From: Verrucomicrobiota bacterium
Lineage (GTDB): Bacteria > Verrucomicrobiota > Verrucomicrobiia > Opitutales > Coraliomargaritaceae
DNA: 64,000 bases
Direction: 5' to 3'
Assembly: GCA_039815375.1 (NCBI GenBank)
Contig: JBCBZJ010000004.1
Span: 32,001 to 96,000, forward strand
The notes under the pieces were generated by a model that searched no databases, was not told the DNA's origin, and saw only the letters and a program-made list of their open reading frames with translations. The position numbers and the translations under genes were made by a program. Position 1 is the stretch's first letter, and each line of letters starts with the position of its first letter. This document shows, one piece after another, positions 52,054 through 62,872 of this stretch.

Positions 52054-53085
52054 ATGACTCCTCGCCAACGCTTTCTCGCCGCTGTCCACCAAGACTCCGT
52101 CGACCGTCCTCCGATCTGGTTGATGCGACAAGCCGGTCGTTATTTGCCGGAATACCGTGCCTTGAAAGCGAAGTACGATTTCCTGACCATGGTCAGGAAT
52201 CCCGAGCTTGCCACTGAAGTGACGTTACAGCCACTGAAGCGCTTCCCGCTTGATGCTGCGATTATCTTTTCCGATATCCTCGTGATTCCCGAGGCACTGG
52301 GGCAGGGCTACTATTTCCGTGATCAGGGCGGTATTGGCATGGAATATCTAATCGACAGCCCGGAAAAGATCGAGGCTCTGGACCCGGAGAATATGAGCGA
52401 AAAACTCAAATACGTCGCCGATGCTCTGTCACTGACCCGTTCCAAGCTAGGCGAAGACACCGCTCTACTGGGCTTCTGCGGCTCGCCATGGACGCTTGCC
52501 TGCTACATGGTCGAAGGCGGTTCGGCAAAAGACTTCACTGCAATCAAACAGCTCGCGCTGGGGCAGCCTGAGCAATTCGAGGCCCTGATGCAGAAACTCT
52601 GCACCGCCATCATTGATTACCTTCATATGCAGATCGACGCAGGCGCTGACGCCTTGCAAATCTTCGACTCCTGGGGCTCGATTTGTCCGGCCAGCCATTA
52701 CGAAGCGTGGTCGCTCCGGTGGATTCATCATATCATCAGCGAGCTAAGAGGCCGCGCACCAGTGATCATCTACGCTAAAGGCATGGGTCATAAAGCAGCC
52801 GACCTAATGAACACCGGCGCAAAGGTGATCAGCATCGACTGGACCCAGAGCATCCGTCGCACCCGCCAGAGCATAGGTCACGCCGCCGCTATTCAAGGCA
52901 ACCTCGATCCCGTCGCACTCACGACCACTCCTGAAATCACCCGCCGCGAGACCCAACGCGTGCTGGATGATGCAGGCTCTGAACCTGGATTTATCTTCAA
53001 CCTCGGGCATGGAATGATCCCCAGCGCGAAGGTCGAATGTGTGGAAGCGTTGATGGAAACAATTACTGGTCAGGCTACAGTTTAG
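52054..53085 (+). CDS. hemE: Uroporphyrinogen decarboxylase
   Basis: WLMRQAGRYLPEY, IIFSDIL, FNLGHG. Confidence 0.95.
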   Translation: MTPRQRFLAAVHQDSVDRPPIWLMRQAGRYLPEYRALKAKYDFLTMVRNPELATEVTLQPLKRFPLDAAIIFSDILVIPEALGQGYYFRDQGGIGMEYLIDSPEKIEALDPENMSEKLKYVADALSLTRSKLGEDTALLGFCGSPWTLACYMVEGGSAKDFTAIKQLALGQPEQFEALMQKLCTAIIDYLHMQIDAGADALQIFDSWGSICPASHYEAWSLRWIHHIISELRGRAPVIIYAKGMGHKAADLMNTGAKVISIDWTQSIRRTRQSIGHAAAIQGNLDPVALTTTPEITRRETQRVLDDAGSEPGFIFNLGHGMIPSAKVECVEALMETITGQATV

Positions 53086-53884
53086 CCAATGCATTATCTT
53101 CCGTAAGCGCAGCCATCTTGGCGGAGAGCGCTTCGACAATGCCCGACTCATCGGTCGGATTAGATGCGATACAATTGACGATTGCACTGCCCACAACCAC
53201 GCCATCAGCAGTCTGTGCCACCGTCCTGACATGATCCGAAGTCGAGATCCCGAAGCCAACAACAACCGGCAGGTCGGTATGCCGCTTAATCAGTTCAACC
53301 TGAGCTGCAATGCCTTCGGACATACTGGCTTGCTCGCCGGTCACACCCTCACGTGAAACGTAGTAAACAAATCCGGTTGTCGCCTGGCAGATTGTCTCGA
53401 GGCGTTCGTCCGGTGTAGTCGGAGCCACGATGTAAATCGTCTTCAGCCCATGCTTTTCACAAGCCGCCAAGTGATCAGCTGATTCTTCGGGAGGCAGATC
53501 AAGTGTAAGCAGGCCGTCAACACCAGCAGCCTTGGCAGACTCGGCATAGGCATCGCTACCCTTGGCAAAGATGAGATTAAAATAAGTATAGAAAACGATT
53601 GGAATCTCACTGAACTCACGAACTCGACGCACCAGCTCCAACACTTTTTCACTCGTCATCCCGCTTTCCAGTGCGCGCTGTGCAGCCAACTGATTCGTCA
53701 AACCGTCCGCCAGTGGATCCGAAAACGGCACACCCAGTTCCAAAATATCAATACCCGAATCAATCAGTGCGCGGCAGGCCTCAACCGAAGTATCCAGATC
53801 CGGATCACCTGCGCATAGATAGGCGACAAAAGCAGCACGACCTTCTGCACGGATATTAGAAAAAGCGTTCTCGATTCGACTCAT
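53075..53884 (-). CDS. trpA: Tryptophan synthase alpha chain
   Basis: ELGVPFSDPLADG, GVTG, VGFGI, DGVVVGSA. Confidence 0.95.
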   Translation of the reverse strand: MSRIENAFSNIRAEGRAAFVAYLCAGDPDLDTSVEACRALIDSGIDILELGVPFSDPLADGLTNQLAAQRALESGMTSEKVLELVRRVREFSEIPIVFYTYFNLIFAKGSDAYAESAKAAGVDGLLTLDLPPEESADHLAACEKHGLKTIYIVAPTTPDERLETICQATTGFVYYVSREGVTGEQASMSEGIAAQVELIKRHTDLPVVVGFGISTSDHVRTVAQTADGVVVGSAIVNCIASNPTDESGIVEALSAKMAALTEDNALAKL

Positions 53885-53943
53885 AATTGTGGAAAGTGAG
53901 AGTTGTTTGCTGAATAATCAACCAACAACAGGGCTCGCTCCAA

Positions 53944-55302
53944 TCAGCCGTTCCGCACAAGCGCCTTTTCGATGAGCGGCAGCATCTTGCCCTTACGGAA
54001 GAGCGTGACCTGACCGCTACTTCCGGAAACGACAATGCAGAGGCAGTCAACTGCCTGAGTGATCGCAGCTGCAGCCGCATGTCGACTGCCAAGACCACCG
54101 GGAAGCTCGTGGTTGTAATTCGGAGCGTGAAGCAGGGACCCGGCCGAGACAAGGACACCGTCGCCGCGAATAATGAAAGCACCGTCGATCGAAGAAAGCT
54201 CCTTCACGGTCTCGTCCATGAAAGGATTCAGGATATTGCGATCTTCGTCCTTGTAGCCATAAAATGGATTCAGGATCAGCGGTTTGGAGAATTCAGAAAT
54301 CTTTTCTGCGTTGCCCAGAGTGAAGAGACAACCAACCGGATGACCCTCCCGCCCTTCTACGGCGAGCTCGGTCGCTATCGCCAGCACGCGCTCAATGACC
54401 TCAGGTTTAACACTGGAAGGCAGCATATCAGTCTTCGTCGTCAGCACAGTCTGGAACTCACGTTCGATGTCGACCACCGTAATACTGTCAAACTGGTTAC
54501 TCTGCGGGAGCCCCCCGACACAACAAAGACGATCACTACTGGAAAAAACCCCACGTGTCAGGCCAATCAGTACCGCACTCCGCAATTGAGAAAAGCGCTG
54601 ATTATTGAAAGAGCGAATGGGCAGCACGGCATCGATCTCTTCCCGCTCAGTTGCCGCATCGGAACTGCCGTGTGCAATAAGCACAGTCTTAAAGCCCTTG
54701 AAGTTCTTCCCGACTTCGACACCACCGCCAAAAGTATCACCAAAAACAAGAACGGTTGAACAATGCGCTCCTTTGGCGATCTTGGACGCCTCCTTTAGAA
54801 TAAGATTGTTAAAGCGATTATGCCGACGCTTGGGTTTTTCCGCTTCTCCGCCGAAGACGAGCTTTATCTCACGCCGAAATTCATCGAGCTTTCGAGCGCC
54901 CTCAAGCCGCTCCATGTGGGACTTGTCCTGAAAAACCCGAGCCAGGGAAGCAAGACTGTAAAGGTAGCTGCGGGCGTTCTTCGCTGCGAGTAGAAGGAAA
55001 ACATAGCGTATCTCCTGATACTCCTTCTGGCCGTCATAGTTCAGGCCATTCGGGCATCGACCGACCGCAATCATGTATGGTCGCTTCATCGCCACCCGGG
55101 CGTGAGGGAGACAGACGCCATTACCCAGGTAAGTCGTCATTTGCTTTTCGCGATCGAGCAGATCGTTGAGCAGACGTTTCTTCGACATGCCCTTTTCCTT
55201 TGAAAAATCACAAACTTTCAGCAGCTCAGTAATCGCTCCTTCAAAATCCGTGCTCTCCAAATCAATAACACGACTAAGGGCAATGTAACGGTCGATACGC
55301 AT
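53944..55302 (-). CDS. PTS EIIA domain + diadenylate cyclase (DisA_N) fusion
   Basis: DREKQMTTYLGNGVCLPHAR (EIIA); EGREGHPVG, IDGAF, GLGSRHAAA, VVSGS. Confidence 0.85.
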   Translation of the reverse strand: MRIDRYIALSRVIDLESTDFEGAITELLKVCDFSKEKGMSKKRLLNDLLDREKQMTTYLGNGVCLPHARVAMKRPYMIAVGRCPNGLNYDGQKEYQEIRYVFLLLAAKNARSYLYSLASLARVFQDKSHMERLEGARKLDEFRREIKLVFGGEAEKPKRRHNRFNNLILKEASKIAKGAHCSTVLVFGDTFGGGVEVGKNFKGFKTVLIAHGSSDAATEREEIDAVLPIRSFNNQRFSQLRSAVLIGLTRGVFSSSDRLCCVGGLPQSNQFDSITVVDIEREFQTVLTTKTDMLPSSVKPEVIERVLAIATELAVEGREGHPVGCLFTLGNAEKISEFSKPLILNPFYGYKDEDRNILNPFMDETVKELSSIDGAFIIRGDGVLVSAGSLLHAPNYNHELPGGLGSRHAAAAAITQAVDCLCIVVSGSSGQVTLFRKGKMLPLIEKALVRNG

Positions 55303-55398
55303 AGGGTTGTTTAAGCTTCAGCAAAGTGTAATCTGAAAGTGAATACACTTACAAATAAGAGCCTTGCAGAAACTTTCAATAACCAACTTCCGTTCAAA

Positions 55399-55773
55399 CT
55401 AATTCTCCCATTCGATCGCGCCTTTTTTGAGCTCATAAACGAGGCCCAGCACGAGGACGAAGAGAAAAAAGAACACGGGAAGTAGGATAGGTAATTGCAC
55501 CGCTAAAAACTCACGAAAGACCAGCACCCAGGGAATCAGGAAAACCACTTCAATATCGAAGAGAATGAAGAGCATGGCCGTGATATAGAATTTAACCGCG
55601 AACCGGGCGTGGCCCGAACCTTCGGCCAGCATACCGCACTCGTAAGGTGAGTCTTTGATCGCAGTCGGGGTGCCGCGTTGCCCGAACACATGCGAAGCCA
55701 CCAAAATGACTGCTCCCATACCGGAGGCAATGGAGACCTGAACGAGAATCGGATAATAATCTGCAATCGACAT
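55399..55773 (-). CDS. nuoA: NADH-quinone oxidoreductase subunit A
   Basis: PYECG, FILFDIEVVFL, YE.KKGA.EW. Confidence 0.92.
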   Translation of the reverse strand: MSIADYYPILVQVSIASGMGAVILVASHVFGQRGTPTAIKDSPYECGMLAEGSGHARFAVKFYITAMLFILFDIEVVFLIPWVLVFREFLAVQLPILLPVFFFLFVLVLGLVYELKKGAIEWEN

Positions 55774-55896
55774 CTATGTTTGTAAGAAGTGGGCTTTATC
55801 GACGGTGACAAGGCGATTTTATCTTCTTAAGCAATTTTCAAAAAAGCAGATCGGATTTGCCAGATCAGTCGACCAAGCCGATTCTGCTCAGATCTG

Positions 55897-56976
55897 ATGG
55901 TTGAAATCATAACAGATCTTTTCTGGAACACCTGGAGCCTGGTTGCAGTAATGGCACCTTATCTCCTGATTGGCTTTGCCATCGCGGGTCTACTTCACGG
56001 CCTACTTCGAGCCGATTTCATTGATCGCTTTCTGGGCAAACCCGGACTGGGCGGAGTTGTCAACGCCTCGCTCTTCGGTGTTCCGATGCCCTTATGTTCA
56101 TGCTCTGTGATACCGATTGCGGCATCGCTGCGGAAAAGCGGCGCGAGCCGAGGTGCGACAGCTTCTTTCATGAGTTCGACACCACAGACCGGAATCGATA
56201 GCATCATGGCGACCTACTCGCTGCTCGGTGGCGCATTTACACTCGTCCGTGTCGTCGTGGCCTTTATCTGCGGCATTGTCACCGGCTATCTGATCGAACT
56301 CTTCTGTAGGGAAAAGCCGAAGCCCGCCGTCCCGGATATGGCAAACCTAAGCTTCAGCCCAAGCACCGATGCAGTCGACACCGCATCGACCGATTGTTGC
56401 AGCGCGACCAAACCGAAGCGCGATTGGCGCGAATGCCTCCGCTACGGATTCGTAACACTCCCTGGCGATCTTGCTGGAGCACTCCTATTCGGCCTCTTCC
56501 TCGCAGGACTGATCACAACGTTCATAACCGGAGACCTACTCCAGGATTCGATGAGTTCGGGCCCCCTTGCCTTTCTCTTTGCCACACTCATCAGCCTGCC
56601 CCTCTACGTCTGCGCCACAGCATCGATCCCAATGGCCTATGCGCTGATTGCCGCTGGGCTATCTCCGGGTGCAGCACTGGTTTTTCTCATTACAGGCCCG
56701 GCCACAAACACGGCCACAATCGTGACAGTCTGGAAGATGCTTGGGCGTAAAGCCACTGCCATCTATCTCCTCAGCCTACTCGTAATCTCGTGGTTAGCCG
56801 GTGCACTTTTCAATGCATCTCTATCCACTGAACTTTCGGCGATGGCCATGCACCATGATGCGCACGACCACACCACAGCGGGGGAGCATATCAGTGGAAT
56901 TTTGCTGACCGGATTGCTTCTCTTCACCTTTGTGCGGTCTCGCAAAAAGCAGGAAAAGTCCTGCTGCTGCAGCTAA
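55897..56976 (+). CDS. ArsP/SO_0444-type metal permease
   Basis: PLCSCSVIP, STPQTG.DS, PLYVCATAS.P, GPATN; His/Cys clusters. Confidence 0.85.
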   Translation: MVEIITDLFWNTWSLVAVMAPYLLIGFAIAGLLHGLLRADFIDRFLGKPGLGGVVNASLFGVPMPLCSCSVIPIAASLRKSGASRGATASFMSSTPQTGIDSIMATYSLLGGAFTLVRVVVAFICGIVTGYLIELFCREKPKPAVPDMANLSFSPSTDAVDTASTDCCSATKPKRDWRECLRYGFVTLPGDLAGALLFGLFLAGLITTFITGDLLQDSMSSGPLAFLFATLISLPLYVCATASIPMAYALIAAGLSPGAALVFLITGPATNTATIVTVWKMLGRKATAIYLLSLLVISWLAGALFNASLSTELSAMAMHHDAHDHTTAGEHISGILLTGLLLFTFVRSRKKQEKSCCCS

Positions 56977-57017
56977 ATTCAATTGCGCGACACGAAGCAG
57001 GCGACCAGCCTGGTAGC

Positions 57018-58004
57018 TTGCAAGGACTATTGGAACAGGTCGAAAGCTACGCCGGTGCATGGACTCCACTTGTTCTTGTCGCCATCTTCCTCGCGAGTTC
57101 GCTGTTGATCATTTGGCGATTGGAGCTGATGTCCCATCGAGGGGTCGGAGGCACTGTATTGGGCACGCTGTTCATGCCCTATTTCTCTGGTCTGGGAAAC
57201 TTGATCTTTATTGCCGTTCTACTTCAACAGAATGGACCAGCGGAAGAAGTCGCGATCAACTCATGGACAAACAACCTGACTAATCTCTGTCTTCTACTCG
57301 CACTCCCTGCCTTGATCTGGGGCCTTGAGTTAAGGCCCGACTCGAAGGCCCAAAAAGCTCAGCGCGAATCCAAACTCCATCGCCTCTCGCTGGGGCTTAC
57401 CCTCGTGGCGATGATATTTTTCACACTCGTGGTCTGGGTGTTGGGCCAGGACGGCGAGCTCGACCGCTTCGACGGGCTGACCCTGGTTGGGCTGTTTCTC
57501 TTTTGGCAGTGCTTCCATATCTTCGAGGTCTTGAAAGAGAATACCCGCGGCAATGCAGGTTGGCACCCGATGATTGTGATCGACGTGGCGCTTATCTTTT
57601 TCGCCAGTATACTCACTCTCTTGGCAGTCGATGGGATTATTAGCGACCTGCTCTCTCGAAATGATGGCTTCCTCAGCAGCAATAAGCTGGGACTACTCAC
57701 TGGCTGGCTGATGGTCCTACCCAATGCGGTGCTCGCTTTCTATTATGGATTCAAAAAACGAAGCGACGTCGTCTACAGCTCGCAAGTCGGAGATGGACAC
57801 ATTTGCATACCGCTCTGTATCGGCATCTTCGCCATTTTCGAGCCCATGCCGCTGCCTGATTTTTTCAAGGACGGCCTTCTACTTTTGGTCTCCATCGCGG
57901 GAGTCCACCTCGTCTGCGTCATCCTGCTGAAAGGGCTACCAAGAATAGTCGCACTAGGGATGATCGCAGTCTACGGCTACGCGATCTACGTGCAGCTCGG
58001 CTAG
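57018..58004 (+). CDS. Na+/Ca2+ exchanger-like membrane protein
   Basis: About 10 TM segments in two inverted-repeat-like halves. Confidence 0.6.
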   Translation: MQGLLEQVESYAGAWTPLVLVAIFLASSLLIIWRLELMSHRGVGGTVLGTLFMPYFSGLGNLIFIAVLLQQNGPAEEVAINSWTNNLTNLCLLLALPALIWGLELRPDSKAQKAQRESKLHRLSLGLTLVAMIFFTLVVWVLGQDGELDRFDGLTLVGLFLFWQCFHIFEVLKENTRGNAGWHPMIVIDVALIFFASILTLLAVDGIISDLLSRNDGFLSSNKLGLLTGWLMVLPNAVLAFYYGFKKRSDVVYSSQVGDGHICIPLCIGIFAIFEPMPLPDFFKDGLLLLVSIAGVHLVCVILLKGLPRIVALGMIAVYGYAIYVQLG

Positions 58005-58432
58005 TCTGCATCTATAAAGAGCGGATCGACTGCAAAATGCTGCGTCGCATTCAGAAACTCGCCCTGCGCTTCGAGCCACATCGGATCCTGGGTGATTTCA
58101 TGCATGGATTTCTGAGTGTGGTTACAAAAGAGATAGACCTCAGGGCCAAGGCAAATGTAGGCATCCATACTCGCGCCTTCCCCTTCACGGGTAAAACTAA
58201 ACTCCCCACCGAGCGCTGTTTGATCCTCAGTCAATTCTTTACGAAGGGCAAAAGTGTTATCCGCAAAATCAGCAAGAAACCCACTTTCATTCGGCCCCTG
58301 GTAATGATGCAACTTCAGCCCGCCACCATCCAATCCCACGACCGCCAATTCATCGAAAACCGGCCTGCCGTAGGCCGCATCCAACTTCGAGAATGACTTT
58401 GAAATTTGGGCAATGGCCAACTCGATGTTCAT
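58001..58432 (-). CDS. Hypothetical protein
   Basis: 143-aa ORF from ATG 58432, in an operon with fmt. Confidence 0.65.
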   Translation of the reverse strand: MNIELAIAQISKSFSKLDAAYGRPVFDELAVVGLDGGGLKLHHYQGPNESGFLADFADNTFALRKELTEDQTALGGEFSFTREGEGASMDAYICLGPEVYLFCNHTQKSMHEITQDPMWLEAQGEFLNATQHFAVDPLFIDAD

Positions 58433-58472
58433 ACAACTAATAAGTCGGATGCTTTCGTTACGTTCAAGGCCT

Positions 58473-59489
58473 TTATGCCGAATCGGAACGGAGCAATAAC
58501 TCCCCTGAAACACTCGGCAAACGCTCGCCCTGCTTCAATACATAGCCCAACAGAAATTCCCTTACCGGCATCATCTTTCCACCCGGCCTTTGAACCTGGT
58601 AGATCTGCAAAACCCCCTCACCCGTAGCAATATCCAAACTATCTCCGACAGCCAGCACAGTGCCGGGCTCTTCTTTTGCCGGAACCGGTAGCCAACTAAC
58701 CTCACCTATTTTGATTCTAGTATTGCCGTGATCGAAATAGCCACCGGGCCAGGGAGTGAAGGCACGCAGACGGGCATCAATGAATTTCGCGGGAAGTTTG
58801 AAATCGAGAGCCGCATCTTCTTTCGAAATTTTGCGGCAGAAGGTCGCATCATCATGGTCTTGCTCGGAGAACTTCAGCTCGCCGGACAAGGCAGCTTCCA
58901 AATTTCTTTCCAGCAGCGGCACGACGGCTTGGCCGATTTTCGCCCGAACTCCGGTTGCAGTATCCGACTCCTCAATTCGGACCCTCTCGCAATCGGCCAC
59001 GTCGCCAGCATCCATTTCACGAGCAATCTGCATCAGACAGACACCGGTTTCCTCCTCTCCCAGAGCGATAGCGGTCTCCACAGGCGAAGCCCCGCGATAT
59101 GCGGGAAGAATCGAACCGTGAAAATTCATCATGCCATGAGCCGGTGCCTCGCGAAGCGATTTGGGCAGAAAGTGCCCATAGGCCATAACGAAAGCCAGTG
59201 CGACATTCTGTTCGCTAAGATATGCAGCGAGTTCACGCCCCGGCTTTTCAGGCTGCAGCAGGGCAATACCATGACTGGCCGCAAATTCTGCTACAGGATT
59301 TGCTTTTAGTTTCTTACCCCTGCCCTGGCGTCGGTCGGGTTGTGAAACGATTGCCACGATTTCACAAAGACCGGCAGCCTGCTCATGTAAATACGTCAGC
59401 CCCGGCAAGCAGATGGCATCCGACCCGAGATAGGCGATCTTTGGCTTGGATAACATATCAGAGAAGTTCCTGCTGGCCGAGTGATTCAC
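58473..59489 (-). CDS. fmt: Methionyl-tRNA formyltransferase
   Basis: SQPDRRQGRG, NFHGSILP.YRGASP, MDAG, RAFTPWPG. Confidence 0.93.
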   Translation of the reverse strand: MNHSASRNFSDMLSKPKIAYLGSDAICLPGLTYLHEQAAGLCEIVAIVSQPDRRQGRGKKLKANPVAEFAASHGIALLQPEKPGRELAAYLSEQNVALAFVMAYGHFLPKSLREAPAHGMMNFHGSILPAYRGASPVETAIALGEEETGVCLMQIAREMDAGDVADCERVRIEESDTATGVRAKIGQAVVPLLERNLEAALSGELKFSEQDHDDATFCRKISKEDAALDFKLPAKFIDARLRAFTPWPGGYFDHGNTRIKIGEVSWLPVPAKEEPGTVLAVGDSLDIATGEGVLQIYQVQRPGGKMMPVREFLLGYVLKQGERLPSVSGELLLRSDSA

Positions 59490-60117
59490 GCGCAGATTCC
59501 GAAGCCGCGCTTTGTAAGATCAACCAACGCAAGCTGGCAGATTCAAGCTCCACTTCATCGAAAAGTCGCGCCAACAGGAGCGCGGAGGCCAGCGCATCGT
59601 AAAGCGCGCAATGGTAGCGTTGGCGCTTGGGAGGACAAAGCGTTTGCGCCTGGGTATCGAGCCTGTCCTGAAGGCCGAAAACAGCGACCAGCTCTTCCAG
59701 ACGGTAGCTGTCCATACCCGGGTAGATTCTACGGTAAAGCATGAGTGTATCCAACCACGGCCCCCAATCCGCCACGAACAATTCAGGTTCGGCAAAGTTT
59801 GGGCAAGTCTTCGGGTAAGGCCAAACCGCTTGAAGCAAGCCCGACTCAACCGCCACGTTGTGCGCACAAAAAGGGCCTTGCTCCCGCAATCCGGAAAAAA
59901 GAGGCCAATCAGAAGTAAAAGACTGAAAGGCGGCAGCCTGCTCTTCACTAATACCGTGCTGAGCACGGTCAAAATCGGAAATAGTGCCGACTGGAGCGCA
60001 GATTCGACTATAGCCGGCCGTGATGCTTTGATTCAGCAAAGTAGCGACTCCATATTCCACGATTCCGCTTTGGCGACTCCCTTCAAAATCGATTACATGG
60101 ATAGGCGTGGAAATCAT
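59458..60117 (-). CDS. DEDDh 3'-5' exonuclease
   Basis: IDFE, HGI, AHN, LDT, HCALYDA. Confidence 0.85.
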   Translation of the reverse strand: MISTPIHVIDFEGSRQSGIVEYGVATLLNQSITAGYSRICAPVGTISDFDRAQHGISEEQAAAFQSFTSDWPLFSGLREQGPFCAHNVAVESGLLQAVWPYPKTCPNFAEPELFVADWGPWLDTLMLYRRIYPGMDSYRLEELVAVFGLQDRLDTQAQTLCPPKRQRYHCALYDALASALLLARLFDEVELESASLRWLILQSAASESARESLGQQELL

Positions 60118-60247
60118 AACTCCCCGAACATTCAACATTCGGCGCTGAACCTTCAACATTGAATCTTCTGACCGCAGTATACTCTACGGTTGCAAGAGCT
60201 CCTGAAGACTTCCAACTTTTCAGAAAATAACGCCGACGCATACTATC

Positions 60248-61030
60248 ATGTCCTCACTCACATCCGCTCAAAAAGAAGAGTTTATCGAGTTTATCGCCCA
60301 CCTCTGCGAGGCAGCCGCCGAAGAAATCCTACCTCATTATGGCCCGGATGTTGAAATCGAGCGCAAGTCTGATGCCACTCCAGTGACGATCGCCGACCGC
60401 GGAGCCGAGAAACGCATTCGCGAGATTTTGGCTGAGCGCTATCCCGAGCACGGGATAATCGGAGAAGAATACGGACGCGAACGCGAAGATGCAGAGTTCG
60501 TCTGGGTGCTTGATCCGGTCGACGGCACAAAGTCTTTCATCTCAGGTGTGCCGCTTTTTGCCACGCTCATTGCACTGCTGCATAACGGCCGGCCCGTCAT
60601 CGGCGCCATCAATCAGCCTGTTTTGAAGCAAATGGTGATCGGCGATTGCGAGACGACCACCTTGAACGGCAAACCCGTTTCCGGTCGACCTGCGTGTAAG
60701 CTAAACGAAGCCACCCTCTGCACTACAGACCCAATTAGAGAAAGCCTTTGGCAGAACAATGCCAACTGGTCAGCCTTACCCCCGAAGACTGCGCTCTACC
60801 GCTCGTGGGGAGACGCTGGTGGCTACATCCTTCTTTGCGCCGGTTTTATCGATATCATGACCGACCCACTCATGGAAATCTGGGACTGTGCCGCGATCAT
60901 ACCCTGCCTCGAAGGTGCCGGCATCAAGGCCACAGGCTGGAATGGAGGCGACGCTTTTGATGAGCGCTCGATCATTGCCGCCAAGGAACCTCTACATGAC
61001 GAAGTCATGGCAACGCTGTATTCTCAATAG
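60248..61030 (+). CDS. hisN: Inositol monophosphatase family, probable histidinol-phosphatase
   Basis: PVTIADR, GEE, WVLDPVDGTKSF, WD. Confidence 0.75.
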   Translation: MSSLTSAQKEEFIEFIAHLCEAAAEEILPHYGPDVEIERKSDATPVTIADRGAEKRIREILAERYPEHGIIGEEYGREREDAEFVWVLDPVDGTKSFISGVPLFATLIALLHNGRPVIGAINQPVLKQMVIGDCETTTLNGKPVSGRPACKLNEATLCTTDPIRESLWQNNANWSALPPKTALYRSWGDAGGYILLCAGFIDIMTDPLMEIWDCAAIIPCLEGAGIKATGWNGGDAFDERSIIAAKEPLHDEVMATLYSQ

Positions 61031-61060
61031 CAGGCAAAGTATATCGACGAAAGCGTTAAC

Positions 61061-62872
61061 GTGGCGGCAGTTCTCCAGTATTTAAAAGATGGGCTGAAAG
61101 CCGCCAGAGACTACAACACGCTCGATTTCTTTCCCCTGCGCCACACGCTCGCGGGCTACAATGCTGGTAAAGTTCCGGGTGATCTGCGCGCAGGCCTTAA
61201 CGTAGCCCTGCTCGCCTTTCCTCAAGGCATGGCCTACGCGCTGATCGCCGGCCTACCAATCCAATATGGAATCTACGGTTCAGCCATCGCTGCGATGGTC
61301 GCTCCGATCTTTGCCCGGACCCGCTTCATCACACTTGGCCCGACTAATGCAACGTCCGTGATGCTTCTCAGTGTCTTTATCAGTTTGGGCATCGTTGGCA
61401 CAGAAATGCTTCGCATGGTGCCCCTACTCATTCTGCTCGTCGGCATCTTCATCCTTCTTGGCGCATACTTAAAAGTTGCTAATTTCATCCAGTATATTTC
61501 GCGCTCCGTGATCATAGGCTACATCACGGCTGCAGCACTACTGATTATCACCAACCAGATCCCCAAGTCACTCGGCCTGAAGATGGAGGGTAAAGGTGCG
61601 ACATTCTTCGAATCGGTCAGCTATATGTTGCCTGCGCTCGATACCATACACTGGGCGACGCTTTTTGTCAGCGTCGTGACTGCCGCGCTGTATATTATAC
61701 TCAACAAAAAGTTCAGAGCCTTGCCAAACGTTGCAATCTGCCTCGTCGCAATATCACTTTTCACAGAACTGACCTTGGGTAAGGACTCGGGTATCGTTTT
61801 TCTCAGCGGGATCGATGCAGGAAACTGGTCTTTCCAGGCACCTGAAATCTCCTTTGAAAAGGTCAAACTATTGGCCAGTCCGGCATTGGCCATCGCCCTG
61901 CTCTGCATCCTCGAAGGCATTTCCATCGGCAAGTCGCTGGCCGCAAAAACGGGCTCACGACTCGATGCGAACCAGGCCATGTTCTCCATCGGTATGGCAA
62001 ACGTGGGTTGCGCCTTCTTTTCCGGGATGCCAGCCTCCGGCTCTCTTACCCGCTCTACCCTCAGCACGAGTAGTGGCGGGCAAACCGTCCTCGCAAGCTA
62101 CATCAGCGGTGTGGTCGTTTTCATCGGGGCTTTCCTGCTCGGCTCCTACACCGCCTACATCCCACAGTGCACCCTGGCTGTGCTTGTCATCGCAATCGGC
62201 ATCTCACTCGTCAACAAACACGCCATACGCGTGGTAATGCGCACGACAAAATCGGATGCAGCCGTGTTTCTGATGACCTTCAGCAGCGGTATGATCCTCC
62301 CGCTCGATACCGCCATTTACGTCGGTGTCGGGACGTCGATCATGCTTTTCCTCAAGAAAGTCGCCCGCCCAGAGATGGTCGAATATGCCTTCAACAAAGA
62401 GGGCCAACTCGCGCAAACCAGCGAAACAGTCAGGCGCAGCACACCGGAAGTCTCAATCGTTCATGTCGAAGGCGAGCTCTTCTTCGGTGCGGCTGAACTT
62501 TTTCGCGACCAGATACGTCGAATTTGTGAGGACCCCAACCTGAAAATCGTCGTTCTCAAGATGCGCAATGCTTACAACATGGACGCTACCGGTGTAATGG
62601 CACTGGAAGAACTCGTCCGCTACATGAATGAAATGGGGCGCTATCTCATCCTCAGCGAAGCGAAGGATGACCTCATTCGCGTGCTCAAGAACTCAGGCCT
62701 CTACAGCTACATCGAAGAACGCAATATCTTCACTGACGACACTTCGAACCCTACCTTGTCCACTGCACGCGCCCTGAAACGTGCCAAAGAGCACCTTGGC
62801 GACACAGAGGCAAACGTTTCCATCTACGTCGATCCAATCAGCGATCAACAGAAGTCGCGGGGGCGAGACTGA
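61061..62872 (+). CDS. SulP family anion transporter with STAS domain
   Basis: PQGMAYA, GPT, SGSLTRS; STAS region GELFFG...MDATG. Confidence 0.92.
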   Translation: MAAVLQYLKDGLKAARDYNTLDFFPLRHTLAGYNAGKVPGDLRAGLNVALLAFPQGMAYALIAGLPIQYGIYGSAIAAMVAPIFARTRFITLGPTNATSVMLLSVFISLGIVGTEMLRMVPLLILLVGIFILLGAYLKVANFIQYISRSVIIGYITAAALLIITNQIPKSLGLKMEGKGATFFESVSYMLPALDTIHWATLFVSVVTAALYIILNKKFRALPNVAICLVAISLFTELTLGKDSGIVFLSGIDAGNWSFQAPEISFEKVKLLASPALAIALLCILEGISIGKSLAAKTGSRLDANQAMFSIGMANVGCAFFSGMPASGSLTRSTLSTSSGGQTVLASYISGVVVFIGAFLLGSYTAYIPQCTLAVLVIAIGISLVNKHAIRVVMRTTKSDAAVFLMTFSSGMILPLDTAIYVGVGTSIMLFLKKVARPEMVEYAFNKEGQLAQTSETVRRSTPEVSIVHVEGELFFGAAELFRDQIRRICEDPNLKIVVLKMRNAYNMDATGVMALEELVRYMNEMGRYLILSEAKDDLIRVLKNSGLYSYIEERNIFTDDTSNPTLSTARALKRAKEHLGDTEANVSIYVDPISDQQKSRGRD

